Shown here piece by piece: positions 1 to 13,415 of a stretch of DNA of 64,000 nt. Source of the DNA: Eledone cirrhosa (Eukaryota); contig OZ024742.1 in the NCBI GenBank assembly GCA_964016885.1, positions 212,288,001-212,352,000 of the forward strand. Direction: 5' to 3'. The first letter of the stretch is position 1. Every line of letters begins with the position of its first letter. The position numbers and the translations under genes were made by a program. The notes under the pieces were generated by a model. It did no database searches, was not told where the DNA came from, and worked only from the letters and a program-made list of their open reading frames with translations.

Positions 1-1376
1 TGAGTTAGTTAAAAATGAGAGCCTCTGTTGCCTCTTGACCTGCAAGAAAGAGCAGCCAAATTTCCTTTAAATTACACTCTATGAAATTAAAAAGGGAAAG
101 ATATGTGTATTCAGGATAATGTAACTCTGGTTATATTCTTAACACTCTGTAATAATTTAGCTGATAATACATAAAAACAGGTTTGTTAATTCAAATGTTT
201 GTAGTATCTTTACTAGTGGACAGATAATTGTGAAATTTGCAGTATTACCGTAAAGACTTCAATTTATAATGTGGTATAGACATAGTGGTATTTTGTATTT
301 TTGAAGAGTCTCTTACTAATGCAATTTATGTGGTACATGATGTTGAGGGTTAAACTAAAACTGGATGATTACTGTTTGAACATTTTATTCTGCTCAGTCA
401 TGATTGACTTCAGACGAAACAATAATTAAAATAGATGGATATTCTTTTGGGTGGTTAGTAACCAGTATCCTACTTACAAAGAATAATTAATAAGTTGATA
501 TAAGTGACAACTTTAGCACAAAACCACATTTGTTTTTGTTAGACAACATTTTTTAGCAAAGCATTATTATATTTTGCTAAAGATAATTTTATAATTTTAA
601 TTATATTCTGTTGGGACACAAATATTTATTTAAACAACTATAAATTCTTTTTTTTTTTTATTATTATTAAATATTGTCTAAAAATTACTGAAACAAATCT
701 ACTAAGTCATAAGAAAATAGATTAATTCCACTATCATTCTTTTACATTAAAATGAGAGAAGTTCTGTTATTCATAAATTTGCTTATTAAGGAATTGTGCT
801 GTTAAAAATAGTCCTTTAAGTGGATCATCAGTTTTAATGTTCATGTATTCTCAATCTTGAGAATTTTCAGTTGAAATGTAAGCTAAAAAAAATATTTAAA
901 AAAACTAGCTCCTTTTAATCTTTAAACAGATTCTGATAGTTGTGTTTAAATAACTTGCATTATCAAATTGGGTATTTTGTATAGATGTCGATATAGTAAA
1001 AATTGTTATTCAGTATTTGTTATGCTTGTTGATAATTTTCTTTACTTTACAGAAAAAAAATTATAGACTTGCATCCCTCCCCCCTTCCATCCACCATAGT
1101 TCATTTATTGAGATGCATATCTAATAATATTTCCTTATTAGGATAGCTTGAAGCTGTGGCTCTTTGTCTTCAATTTTTTCCAATGCTGTAGCAGAGTTTG
1201 AGCTAGAAGAATTGGTTTTCTTTAAATAATTCTATGTATTTGTATACATGCTGGCTAAATATTTTATAGAATCCTAATAGTTGTTTAAATATATAAATAT
1301 ATTATGGGCATTGTGGTGCAACAATAAGTTCTTGGAGATTCAAATTTATTAACCAGTTTTGATTTCCAGTGACAAT

Positions 1377-1562
1377 CATTCTATGACCTGAATGCCATTG
1401 AGATAGACATGGACATATATCCTGCTCTCCTCAAAACCTCAAGCTTGATGAGTACATTAAGAAACCATTCTATGACCTGAATGCTGTGGGATAAGCATCG
1501 ATGTCTCAATGTTATATCCTGCTCTCTGAAAAACCTCAAGTTTGATGGGTACATTAAGAAAC
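1377..1562. repeat. Tandem duplication of about 90 bp
   Basis: cattctatgacctgaatg...aaaacctcaag.ttgatg.gtacattaagaaac twice. Confidence 0.85.
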
Positions 1563-4500
1563 TATTATTTAAATAATTGCATGCAAGTTGAATGAATGAT
1601 AATTATGAAAATGATAAAATAGCTTAGTCCATAGCCAAACAAATAAACAAATGAAATTTAGTTTCATTATTAGCTTTTTTTTTTAATTTTATTTTGATAG
1701 TGTTGTTGACTTTTGTGTTCATTAAATTTGAAGTTACGAAAAAATATTTGTTTCATAAAATATTAGTCATTCTTATATTAATAGAAAAAAAAACAAATAT
1801 TTAAAAAAAAAGGAAAAGAAAAGAAATAGATAACCATCTTAATACTTTCATGCAGTCAAATTCATTTCTTTCTATGATTTTAAAAATATGGAATTGGTTT
1901 CATTTTTACTCGTTAGTGGTGCTTTATAATGTCATAATACATGTTTTTATTGTTGTTTTGCACACTTACAAATCCAAATGTAATAAGACATTGAATTTTA
2001 AACATTTCACCTGCTATAATATTTTCTCAAATTAAATTTTGTAGTTTACACCACTTTTACCCAATTGCTTTTTAGATATACTCTTATAAAGCTGCTAACC
2101 ACAAAACCTTCTCCTATGCAAATAAATGCACATGCAATGCACAAACCTATATAATCTGAATTTTAAAAATTCCTCTGAGTATCTATAAAAATTGTTTGTT
2201 TTTTAGTTTCTATGTTGAAGTCTCAGAGTGTATACAAATATTTACATTTTACTTCTTCAATGCAATTTTTAATATAGTTGAATTGTAAATTATTTAAATA
2301 AACACTTTTATGGAGATCATCCAAATTCTAGTTTGAATTTATAAATTAATATTTTGATGATCTTCATGAAATGTATGTGCATATATACATAGAAAAAATT
2401 CAAAAAACATTTGCCATAGAATTAAATTTAAAATGTGTTAACATTCTCATTTTTAGTACAGGTTTAAACATTTTTTTAATTTATTGGTTTAAGATATCAG
2501 TCTTGTGACATTGTGCCTTTGTATGAACTTTGTATAGTGATCTACTAAATATATACTTTATTTTTTAGTTATAAAATCAATATTCTAGCTCAAACTTTGC
2601 TTCTTGCTAATTATTGAATCATTATTTATTTGCTATCTTTTATTTATTGTTGGCACCACCAAATATTCAGCTTGCTGTCAGTCCATCTGTGTATATGTGT
2701 GTCTCTGTTGGATCCATATATATTAAGTATTGCATTCTGATTGTCCATATTTCTGACAGTGCTTCATCTAGTGTCTCTGTTCTTTGCATGCAATACAACA
2801 GGGTCTGGTAAAAAATTATACCAACATTTTACAAGAAGTCTCTAGCTATGGAACTTTCCAATCCAATGCACCATGCCAGCAGGTGAGGCTCAAGTTTTCT
2901 ATTCCTGGCATTGCTGTCGTTTTATCACTTTCTTAGTGGCTGGATTTTCTTACCGCTCTTCCTTGTCCTCAAACTGAACAAAATGCTGGGGCATGCTGGG
3001 ATAGCATCAGCAGCCATGATGGAAACATATCTATAAATGTCATCAATTAAAAAGTGTGATATTTGTGCTTCTTTTTTTTTTTTTGTGCCAATGTTATTTT
3101 TGTGCTACATCTTCTATTGGGCCACATCTTCATGCTACAGCTTTTATTTAAACTTCAGAATTTTATTATATCAATTTATTTGTTTATTTATTATTTATGT
3201 GCCTTGCATTTTAAGTCTTAAGTATGTATATCAGAAAACCTGTACAAAATGTTCCCTTTCCCCATTTTTTTTAAAATAACAATATTTTCATATGACACCA
3301 TCTCATTTTGCTTCCTGCTAATTTTATATGCTAGAATATTGAAGATAAGAACCAGTATTTTTTTAGATTGAAAAATAACATGAACTATATTCCTATTGAG
3401 AATTATTTTTTTAATTTTATGATTTGATATTTTTAAATCTACTTTCAGTCAGTATAGCAATAGTGCTCTAAGAAATCTTATTTAGTTATTGATTTTTTTT
3501 AGTGCGTTGTGTGCATTTTCTTTCTAATTGCTTTATCCTGGTAAAAGTTCTGTTATTGAAATGTTCAGATTTTTACTTTTTTTTTTATTGAGCTGTCTTT
3601 TAAAATTTATACCTAATTAGAGTAGGAATAATGTATAGTATGTGGACGCTATCGAACTATATGTAAGTTTAGGGTACATCTTTTTGTTTTCTGGAGCTGC
3701 TTGTATATTTAAACTGTTTACATAGATTGTGAGTGTGCTAAACTACTTTTCTGTAATTTCTAACGAGAATTAAATAGTACAGCAGTTGTAATATTTCATG
3801 AATATTTGATTACCAACTTAATATTTCCAATTAAATGTCTAAACAGAACTACTCATTCAGCTATATACATGAAAGTGATGTTTTCTTTTAAATTTTGTTT
3901 CATTGTTATTCTTAATCATAATTTGATATTTAAAACTTAGGATATCATACATCATCTTGTCAACAATCAGAAGTGAAAGCTGTATTAATTCAACATTAAA
4001 CTGAAAATTCTTTGTTACCAAATATATCCTTATATATACTTTTAAAAGTGTATGTCTTTTTATGAAGTAGGAAAACAAATTTTGTTTCATTGAATATTTA
4101 AACATTTCCTTGAGTTAAATTCGAATTGTATTCCCTTTAATTAATACAACATATTCTGGTTCTTTTTATTCCAGTCTATTTTGTGGAGATTTCATCAGAT
4201 CCTTGTGAAAAAAATGTTGCAATATTATTACTGACTTCTCAAAACAAATATTGGTTTTCAATCTATATTGATTTGTAAATTCTAATAGTTGAATTAATAT
4301 TCATTGCTTCAGTGATACTCTCCTTCAGCCCATTTGTCTGATCAAAGAATTAAGTTTTGTTTGTTTGGGATGAAATTGACTTATGGTAAATCTTAAGACA
4401 TGTTAATAATAACACACACACACACTAAATCATTTTACAAATCATGATTTGCTATTGACTTTCAGGTAAATTTCTGATTGCGGTTGGAGAAATTCTTTTA

Positions 4501-5485
4501 GCAGTTTATCCAAAGATAATTTGTTATAAAATTCTATTTCAAATCAGGAGTAATTGTGGAATTTACTTCTGTTGGTGTAGAAGCAGATTAATATTTTTTT
4601 TCATGACTGTTAAAATTGTTTTAAATTTTGCTCAAGTATGCTGTTTAAACAATTTTTTTTTTCTGTGAATTTTTTTATTTATTTAACTATAAGGTGCTAT
4701 TGAAAACTTTTATAAAACATGGAAAGATAAAATCTACACCCCCTTTCTAATATAGCTTGAATTTCTTAAGTTTGTAATTTCATCTACTCTTTGCTGATAT
4801 AGTTGGTTGAAAAATATGGAAAATTCAAATATTTTCATTTTCTAATAATAATATTTGTGGTTGTAATTAAGTAGGTCAATCTGAATTGAAACACCCCAAA
4901 AACATTTACTTTTTCTCTGATTATCATCATTACTGTTTAACATAAATTTTCCATGTTTGTATAGGTTAGATGGGTTGTCACATAATGAGGCCAGACATGT
5001 CAGGTGATCATGTCTTGCTCATATGATCTGTTTTTTGGTTTGGTTTTCTATGGTAGGATGCCCTTTCCTAGTGCCACCTACTTTAGAGTGGACTCGGTGC
5101 TTATTGTCTTGCCACCAATATGACCACCGTACAGTGTGGACTGGGTGCTTTTCGTCTTGGCACCTGCACACCTTACAGGGTGGACTGGGTGCTTTTTGTC
5201 ATGGCTCAAGCACAGCCACCTTACAAGGTTGTGAAAGCTAAAGTACAAAATAATCCTTAAAGCTTAATAATGAGTCAAACTGAAATAAATTAGATTCATA
5301 TTTTGTGTACATATACAATCCTTCTTAAACGTCAGCTTAAATCACTATATTCTCTTTTGAAATAATTTTCTTATTATAGTCCTATGTTAACCTTGTACTT
5401 GTTTAACCCCAAGCTGGAAAGAGAAAATAGATCTATGATCACATATTAAAGTCATAACTGTAATTGTATTTTTATTATTATTATG

Positions 5486-6470
5486 GTGGTGGATTGGCAG
5501 TATCGGGTCGGACGTCATGCTTTGATGCATAGTTACAGCCCTTGTCATTCTGAGTTCAAATCTCGCCGAGGTTAACTTTGCCTTTCATCCTTACGGGGTC
5601 GATAAAATAAAGTACCAGTAATGTACTGGGTAATTGCTGGCCTTGTGCCAAAAGTAGAAATAATAATTATTATTATTATTACTAACATTGAATAAGGCGG
5701 TGGATTGGCAGTATCAGTAGAGCGTCGGATAATATGCTTTGCAACATATAGTTACGGCCCTTTACGTTCTGAGTTCAAATCCCACCGAAGTTAGCTTTGT
5801 CTTTCATCCTTACAAAGTCGATAAAATAAAGCACCAGTAATGCACTGGGGTCGATTTAATCGACTTTTCCATTTCCCCCAAATTGCTGGCCTTGTGCCTA
5901 AATCAGAAACCATTATTATTGTTATTATCTGGATTGACAGAATCAGTTGAGCGTCAGACATGCTTTACAGGTTTACAGGTTCAATAAAATAATACACTGA
6001 GGTCGACTTCGACTTTCCCCTCCTCCAAAAATTGCTGGCCTTGTTTATTATTAGGAGGAATTGGATTGGCGGTATCAGTAGAATGTCAGACAAAATGCTT
6101 TGTACTGTTTAGTTATAGCTTATGTTCTAAATTCAAATCCAGTTGAAGTCAACTTTGCCTTTCATCCTTCCATGGTCGATATAATAAAGTGCCAGTAAAG
6201 TACTGGGGTGAATATAATCGACTTTCCCCTGCCTGCAAGATAGTTAGCCTTGTGCCAAAGTTAGAATTTTTATTGACCTCAGTGCTTCACTGGTAATTCA
6301 TTTTATCGACCCCATTAGGGTGGAAGGCAAAATTAATCCATTAAAGTTAGCTTTACCTTTCACACTTTTGGGGTCTATAAAATGAAGTACCAGTAAAACA
6401 CTGAGGTCAATATAATCAACTTTCCTCTTCTCTTCAAATTGTTGGCCTTGTGCCAAAAGTAGAAACAATT
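5486..6470 (+). mobile_element. Cluster of about 5 tRNA-derived SINE copies/fragments
   Basis: Head ggcggtggattggcagtatc (A box) and gagttcaaatccc (B box), core tttcatccttacggggtcgataaaataaagtaccag, (AAT)n tails. Confidence 0.9.
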
Positions 6471-9454
6471 ATAGTTGAGGACGATGGGGTAACAGTTAAG
6501 CAAAAGATTAAATGACTTGCAATTTTATTCCCTTTTGTTTTCTGTATTAAACATTGCCTTTCTTGGTCAATAAAATGAATGCTAATCAATTCTAATTGAA
6601 AATTGTGATTTTAAAGTGAATACATAATCGGATGAAAGTGAGAATAGCATTTCCAATCACATATCACTTCAGAATGATAATAGTTTGTATATTTCATTTA
6701 GACAAAACAAACTTAATTTTTTATTTGAATTGGCCATGATTAATTTATCTTCACATAAGGATGTAGCATTGAAGGTTTGATGTTATGATACAAATAAAAC
6801 AAAATAAAAAATCGCATGAAGGCATATGACTTCTAAAATCGTTACACAGTACCTTATTGTTGAATTGCTTATTCTCTAAAGTGTTTTTTTTTAATGTATA
6901 TATATATATATAATGCCTTGACAAACAGCAACAAGTGGATGTGTAGGTCGAACTTAAATAATTTTAGACTATATATAGACAGGAAACCAAGAAGCATCAC
7001 CCAAAAGTGGTAGATGCAATGTGAATGCTGATGAGATGTGTGCCTGTTTGTACACAGCTATAAATAACAATCTATGTATCACTTTTCAAAAGATGACTAT
7101 TCTGCTTTGCTGTTTGGTGGAGCAAAACTTATAAATTGACTAGGAAAGAGTTGCAGGACTTGGTGCAGTAACATCTGCATGTGAAGGTTTTTGAAATGTA
7201 TTATCTTTTTAAGGATGTGATTTGAGGGAGATTTGGTTGCTATTTTTAGAATGAATACACTACGTGTGATTAAATTGACTATACCCCTTTCCACAAATTA
7301 CTGGCAATGTTCCAAAGTTGAAATTTATTATTGTTAATGTTATACATACACTACATTTTGTTATTGGCTTGTTAAAAGGAATCAGTAATTAAAGCTATGT
7401 TGATGTTCTTGAAATAAGTGATGGTTGGCATTAAATATATAACTATTTTAGAAATATTTTAGAAATATTTTGGTACTTTTAGACTTGATCAGTGTAACTG
7501 TTAGATTTTTGATTTACTAAAGAGATATTGGTTTGAATGAATACCGAGTCATAGTATCTTCAGTGTTCAACAAAACACACACACACACACACACACTTTC
7601 TTTCTCTCTTAGATGTATGTGTTTATGGAGTGTCTGCAGTGTGAAGACCAGGAAGACCTACCTCATTAATATACATATATATAATTTAATGCTATTTTTT
7701 TTTCGTTTTAATATAACCATTGATTAAGACTTTATACTCATTCCTTTTATTTTTATATTTTTCTGTCTTACATTTCAAATTAAATACATTTTATTTAATA
7801 ATTCTTTCTTCATCACATAAATATGTATCTTTTTGCTGTGTCACATGACATGTGTACACACACAGTCAGATATTATTACTTAATGGGGTTCTTATATATT
7901 AAAATGCTTGCTAAATAAATTTCATAAATATAGAAGAGGCTACATTTAAAAGTATATAGGTCTTATTGTGTGTTTAAAGTTGTGATTGTCAACATTTTTG
8001 CATTCTAAATATAAATCTTCTGCAAAACATAATATTAGTTATATGTATATGATTTCTTTTGGGGAGTATTTTTCCAAAATGGCACCAACCAAGCTGATGT
8101 AGTCTGATAAGGATTAAAACCACAAATAACACATTAAAGGTTTTTGTTACTAAATTGCCTGAAACTATGGTTTAAAACTATTTGCCTTGAAGTGTTTATA
8201 TTTATCTAAAAGTCATCATAATTTTATGTAAAAACCTTTATTATGTTCTAAACACTAACTTAATAATGAGAAAGTTTGTTATAGTACAAAATCTCTGCAA
8301 ACTATTGATTATTTCAAAAATGTTTGAAAATTATATGCCGTGACTTTCATTAGAAATATGGTATACAGAAGAGTTAAAGTTTATCTAATGATTTCCCCCT
8401 CTATCTTAGACTTACTGATAAACATTTACATAAACACCTTCATGCACAATAGTTGTCACCCACTATTAAGTATGACCATCTTTTGTGCTAAAATGGCAAG
8501 ACTAAGACACCAATGGCACTTCAATGAAAGATGCAGTTGTATTGGCAAATGGAGAATCACTACAGCTCCTGCCTTTACTATATCTTCTATGACCCTTATG
8601 AGTGAATTTAGCAATGGCTTTATTTCACTGTCGCAGATGCAAAAAACAATACCTTTTTTTTTTTTTTTTTATGATGGTTGATTATAAATATATACAAGTA
8701 AATGTAATGGTAATGTGTCAATATTTCGCTATGCATTAATCTTATACATAATCGATTTTATGCAGTATTGAAAATAGTAAAGCGCTTTAAATACTCCGCT
8801 AATGCTGCAGCAAATGTGAATTTCTTTATCTCTTTCTTTTGTTTTATTTCATATTTTCTTTTTTTAGTTTGACCCAACTATATTATCTGTATGGGTCAAT
8901 ATACCATTTCTCTTTATTTGCTATAATAACTTGGACAACTTAATAATTTCCTATTGTTGATGCTATCACAGATGTCACCCCACATAATGTCATTCCCTTT
9001 TGATAAACCCTCGTGATTTGCTTTTAAATATGTATGTATGTGTGAGAGAGATACATTTTGTGTATACATTTAAAGAATGGGTTTTTTATGCAGGTAAGAT
9101 TAACACTATTTTAGATTTTTGAAAAAAAGTTCATTAGCTTCCCAAAATTGTATTGATACAAAATTGGAATTATGAAAATCACGTTTAGAAGCTTTTTTCC
9201 TTTAATTTGTCTTGTTTTGTTGATTTAATTATTTTTTTATGTTTTAACATTATTTTTTTTCTGTGTTTAACAATATTGTAATTTATTTGTGGTGTGTAAA
9301 ATTTCAAACTAATTAGGTCAATGTAAAATATCACATGACTGCAGTTATCTTTGTCGTCTTCAGCTGTTTTTTTTTTTATTTTAAAATACTTAGTAACAAC
9401 CATCTACCAAGGATATGCTATCAATAACAACCTTGAACAAAAATTAATTTGAAA

Positions 9455-10090
9455 TTAATTCAATTCAATTCAATATATTTGGCAGAAAATAAAACATAGA
9501 TGCTTCAGATGCCATGTAAGGAGAGGAGAGGGGCGAAATTTACACAGTCGGAAACACAGTGGTCCAACACTGGTCCAATTTCGCCTTGAATTGTTGACTA
9601 CTTCTTCTGGAAGCCGATTCCAGGGTCCAGAGATGCGGATCGAGAAAGCAGCTTTCCGTCTATTTAGGCGAAAGCAGCGGTGAAACAGCTTTTTGTCATG
9701 TCCACGGAGACCCCTTTCAAGTGCCGGAGTGAATAGATCTTGAGGGAGATTGTAATGGCCATTGAAGAGATTGTAAGCCAAAATGAGATCGCCTCGTAGC
9801 TGTCAACGCTCCAAGAAGAGGTTCAGCTTCTGCAGCCGGCTTTCGTAGGGCAGCTCATGAAGACCCTGTACCATTCGAGTCGCTAGTCGTTGAACCCTCT
9901 CCAAGTGATGGATATCCCGGATGAGATATGGGTTTGATGCTTGGATGCCATATTCTAGGTGCGGTCTCACGAGGGCGACATAGAGAGGCCTGAAAATTTC
10001 TGGAGTGAGTTTGGCAAAGGAGCGTCGAATAAGAAAAAGAGAGCTCCTTGCCTTGTTTGCAAGTACTTGAACATGATGGGGAAAAGTTAT
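9455..10090 (-). mobile_element. 5'-truncated CR1/L2-group LINE (end of ORF2 plus tail)
   Basis: LVRPHLEY..ERVQRLATR..GLRGH..FSIRISGPWNRLPEEVV; (TTGAA)n-like tail; higher GC than flanks. Confidence 0.88.
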
Positions 10091-13000
10091 TAATTCCATA
10101 TTGGTTAGGGTTTGGCAAACTGCTCATAACAGCTTTTCTGCTACTTTTGGGTCATGGCTAACTATGAGTTTTCACCTAGAATGTCCCTCTCTGAGGCACA
10201 AGCCTGGTCAAGGTGTTTTTGTGGAAAACATGCAGTTGCCCATGTATACCAGTCCCTCCATTTGTTGTGCCACTGATGTTGTCCAGAGGAAAGGCAAAGG
10301 CCAGTACAGCTTGGCACCAGTGACATTGCAACTCATTTTTTCCCATCTGAATGAATTGGAGCAATGTGAAATAAAGTTCTTGCTCAAGGCCACAAAGTGC
10401 TGCCCTGTCCAGGAATCTAATGATTGTGAGCCTTACACAAACCACTAAACCATGTATCTGTATCTCCCGAGACAATAAATATATGAAGCATAAAATATGT
10501 GGTGATGTATGGCAGTTCAACAGAAACTATGACTGCTCAAGTTGTACTGTAATTGAAGAAAAGCAAATTTAATACAATCTTTCAGATTTACAAGAAAGTT
10601 TGAGCACAAGAGAGTTTAGAAAGTGATTGGGCATAAGACATTGGTTGATGTGCAGAAGTGATAATTATATTGGTGTAGGTATGTAAGTGGATGGTGTACA
10701 TTAGGTGAAACTAGTATAAACTCAATGGAGAAGATAGGCTGCTATAGAGATAAACCAAGGAAGATTTGATTAGAGGTAATTAGGTCTGAACAGATGACAT
10801 CAACATCCAAAGACATGTATCATAGTTATTGTTTTGTAGACCTATTCAATTTAAGGTTATATGTAGTTATTGTATTCATTTATGTACTTATTGTTAGATA
10901 TGCTGTCCCTTAATGCTTATATTTCATTATTATATCACTTGCTCTCTATTTGAGAATGGTTTTAATCTTATGTTAGGATTGTCTAACGCTATCCAATCAA
11001 GAAAACCCATTCATATATTTATATTCTCTTTTGAGTTATAATTTTTTTTACTTTGCATGTCATTCTCCCAAACTTAATAAATCAGTGTTTCTCACCCAGG
11101 ATGTAATTGACAGCCCCTTCTCCTGCAAGGAATTTCAAGTCTGAAAGAATTTAATTTTAAATAGTAGCCATAATTTTTATCTTCAGATAATGTTTTTTAT
11201 TTACTCACACATTTGCTGTGATTTAATAATCATAGAATTTTATAATTTCTAACTATGCTAAAATAAAAATTCATATATAATTTAAATTCAATTTCAACTC
11301 GGTAATATTGTAAATACAAAAAAAAAGGATTGTACCTAGTCCTCCATGTGTAGTATGTTTAATTGAAATGATTTTATCTTATTAATTTCTTAATAGCCTG
11401 ATTATTATTGTTGTAAAAGATGACAAAAAAGAATACTAATATCCTAACAAGCAGGGAGGGTTTAGTGCAGACTTGTCTATAAAGGAGGCACCCTAAAGTA
11501 AAGCATTGAGAAACAGTGTAAATAGGAGCCCTTTAAATAGTGTTTCTTATTTGGTGATAAATATTGATTAATCATACTTGACATAGGCTTAGTTATCTGT
11601 TAGAAATTGGGCAACTTTTATAGTTGATTCTGGTGGACAGGTAACCTCTGCAAGAAGTCAGAACTTTACTGTTTATTAGTATGTAAATGAGCTAATTACC
11701 ATAATTAGTTTCATTTTAACTGGTTATGTTAATTGTAATGAGGTGTTCCATTTGTGAGTTTTACAAAAAATCTGGTTTATATAGAACCTCTGTGTCATAG
11801 TTATTCAATATTGAGTCATATTGTTTTTGACAATTACCTCCAATATATATATATATATATATATATTTAGAGAGTGAACAACACAAAATATAACTACTCC
11901 ATTACCAAAGGTTTCTGGATCCCAACAATATTAATATACGTCTGGATCGGTCATCAGACAGATTATATTTTGTTATATTTTGTGTTGTTCACTTTCTAAT
12001 TAAATAGCTCTCTACATAGAGCAATCTTTTTTTCTTCGGAATTACCTAACATGTATATATGAGAGAGAGAGAGAGTTTATCAATGTTGTATTTGCATGAT
12101 AGTAAGACAAGTTGATTTGTCTGAATTTGCTCAGTCAACACTCATTGAGGAAACACAAAATGAATTGTTTCAGAATAGCAATTATTTGATTGTGAAGTGA
12201 ACAGATGGCATAGACAATGTGTAAATCTCATATAGAAGACAACAACAACTAAAACCCTGAACAAAATATAGTCAAAAAGTGAAAATGATATAAATATTAT
12301 GTATAGTTATAAATATTATATGTGTATGCTTCTCTCATATGATATAAGTATATAATTTAGGAAATAACAACATTGTACTTTCTTGACTCAATGGGTTTGG
12401 TAATGAAAATAGGGAAAATAATTGACGATTAAATTTGCTTAAATATCCTGCAGTCATGTTTTCAAATAAATAAATAGATAGATGCACGCACCAACTGAAT
12501 TTACATTTTTAAGGTTTATATATATCTTGATTTCCTATTCTAAATTTTGAAATTTCTTCATAGTTCTGATCGTAGTACATGGCATTATTTTATGTAGAAC
12601 GGCGGTGAATTGGCAGTATCGGTAGAGGGCCAGACGCCATGCTTTCCAGCATAGTTACGTCCCTTTACGATCTGAGTTCAAATCCCGCAATATATAAAGT
12701 TATTTTGGAAATGTGTCTTTCTTACAAAAAAAAGCTAGGCTATTTATTACTTTAAATTTTACATTTGTTTTCATTTTTATATTTCATATTTTAAAAATAT
12801 TCTTTTCAATCTGTTTTACTTCTAATGTGTATGATAAATATAATTTATCTATTTGATTTTTTAAAATCTTTCTTAATAAGTGTGTTGTTGCTTTGCATGT
12901 TTCAAATGTACTACTAACCTAATAACGATACTGTCACCATTAGTTTGAAATAACTACTACTATTTGATTAAATGTTAACTATATACAAAAAAGCCTTACT

Positions 13001-13131
13001 AATTAGAAGTTTTAATCAGATTTATTATTTAAAGACAAGTCATTAGCATTCTCTATAGTTAACTGGTACATTTAATAATTTTTATTTAAATATGTTGCTA
13101 TATTCTATTGCTGTGAGTAAGTTTTCTAATA

Positions 13132-13176
<45 letters not shown>

Positions 13177-13219
13177 TCAGCTTGTATCAGAATAATATTT
13201 TAATTATGTTTGATTTTAA

Positions 13220-13415
13220 CCCTTCTGATACTCATATTTAAATTTAAGCCTTCCATCATAATTTTATGTAAACATGTTTGTGAAATTATATGTGAAACAC
13301 CAGCTTAATAATGAGAAAGTTAGTTATGTCTAAATTCCTCAAAATTCTTGAGTATTTCCAAATTATTTGAATATCATAGGCAGTGTCTTTCATTAGAAAT
13401 ATGTTAACAAAAGGG
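13220..13415. mobile_element. piggyBac-like MITE, second family
   Basis: TTAA|CCCTT ... AAGGG|TTAA; core aaacaccagcttaataatgagaaag recurs at about 8250, 22800, 30310, 34750 and 40020. Confidence 0.65.

Noticed and set aside
8340-8681. 113-aa ORF in the Munc18 intron
   Set aside because: Starts in a MITE end, has no recognisable domain and no splice support
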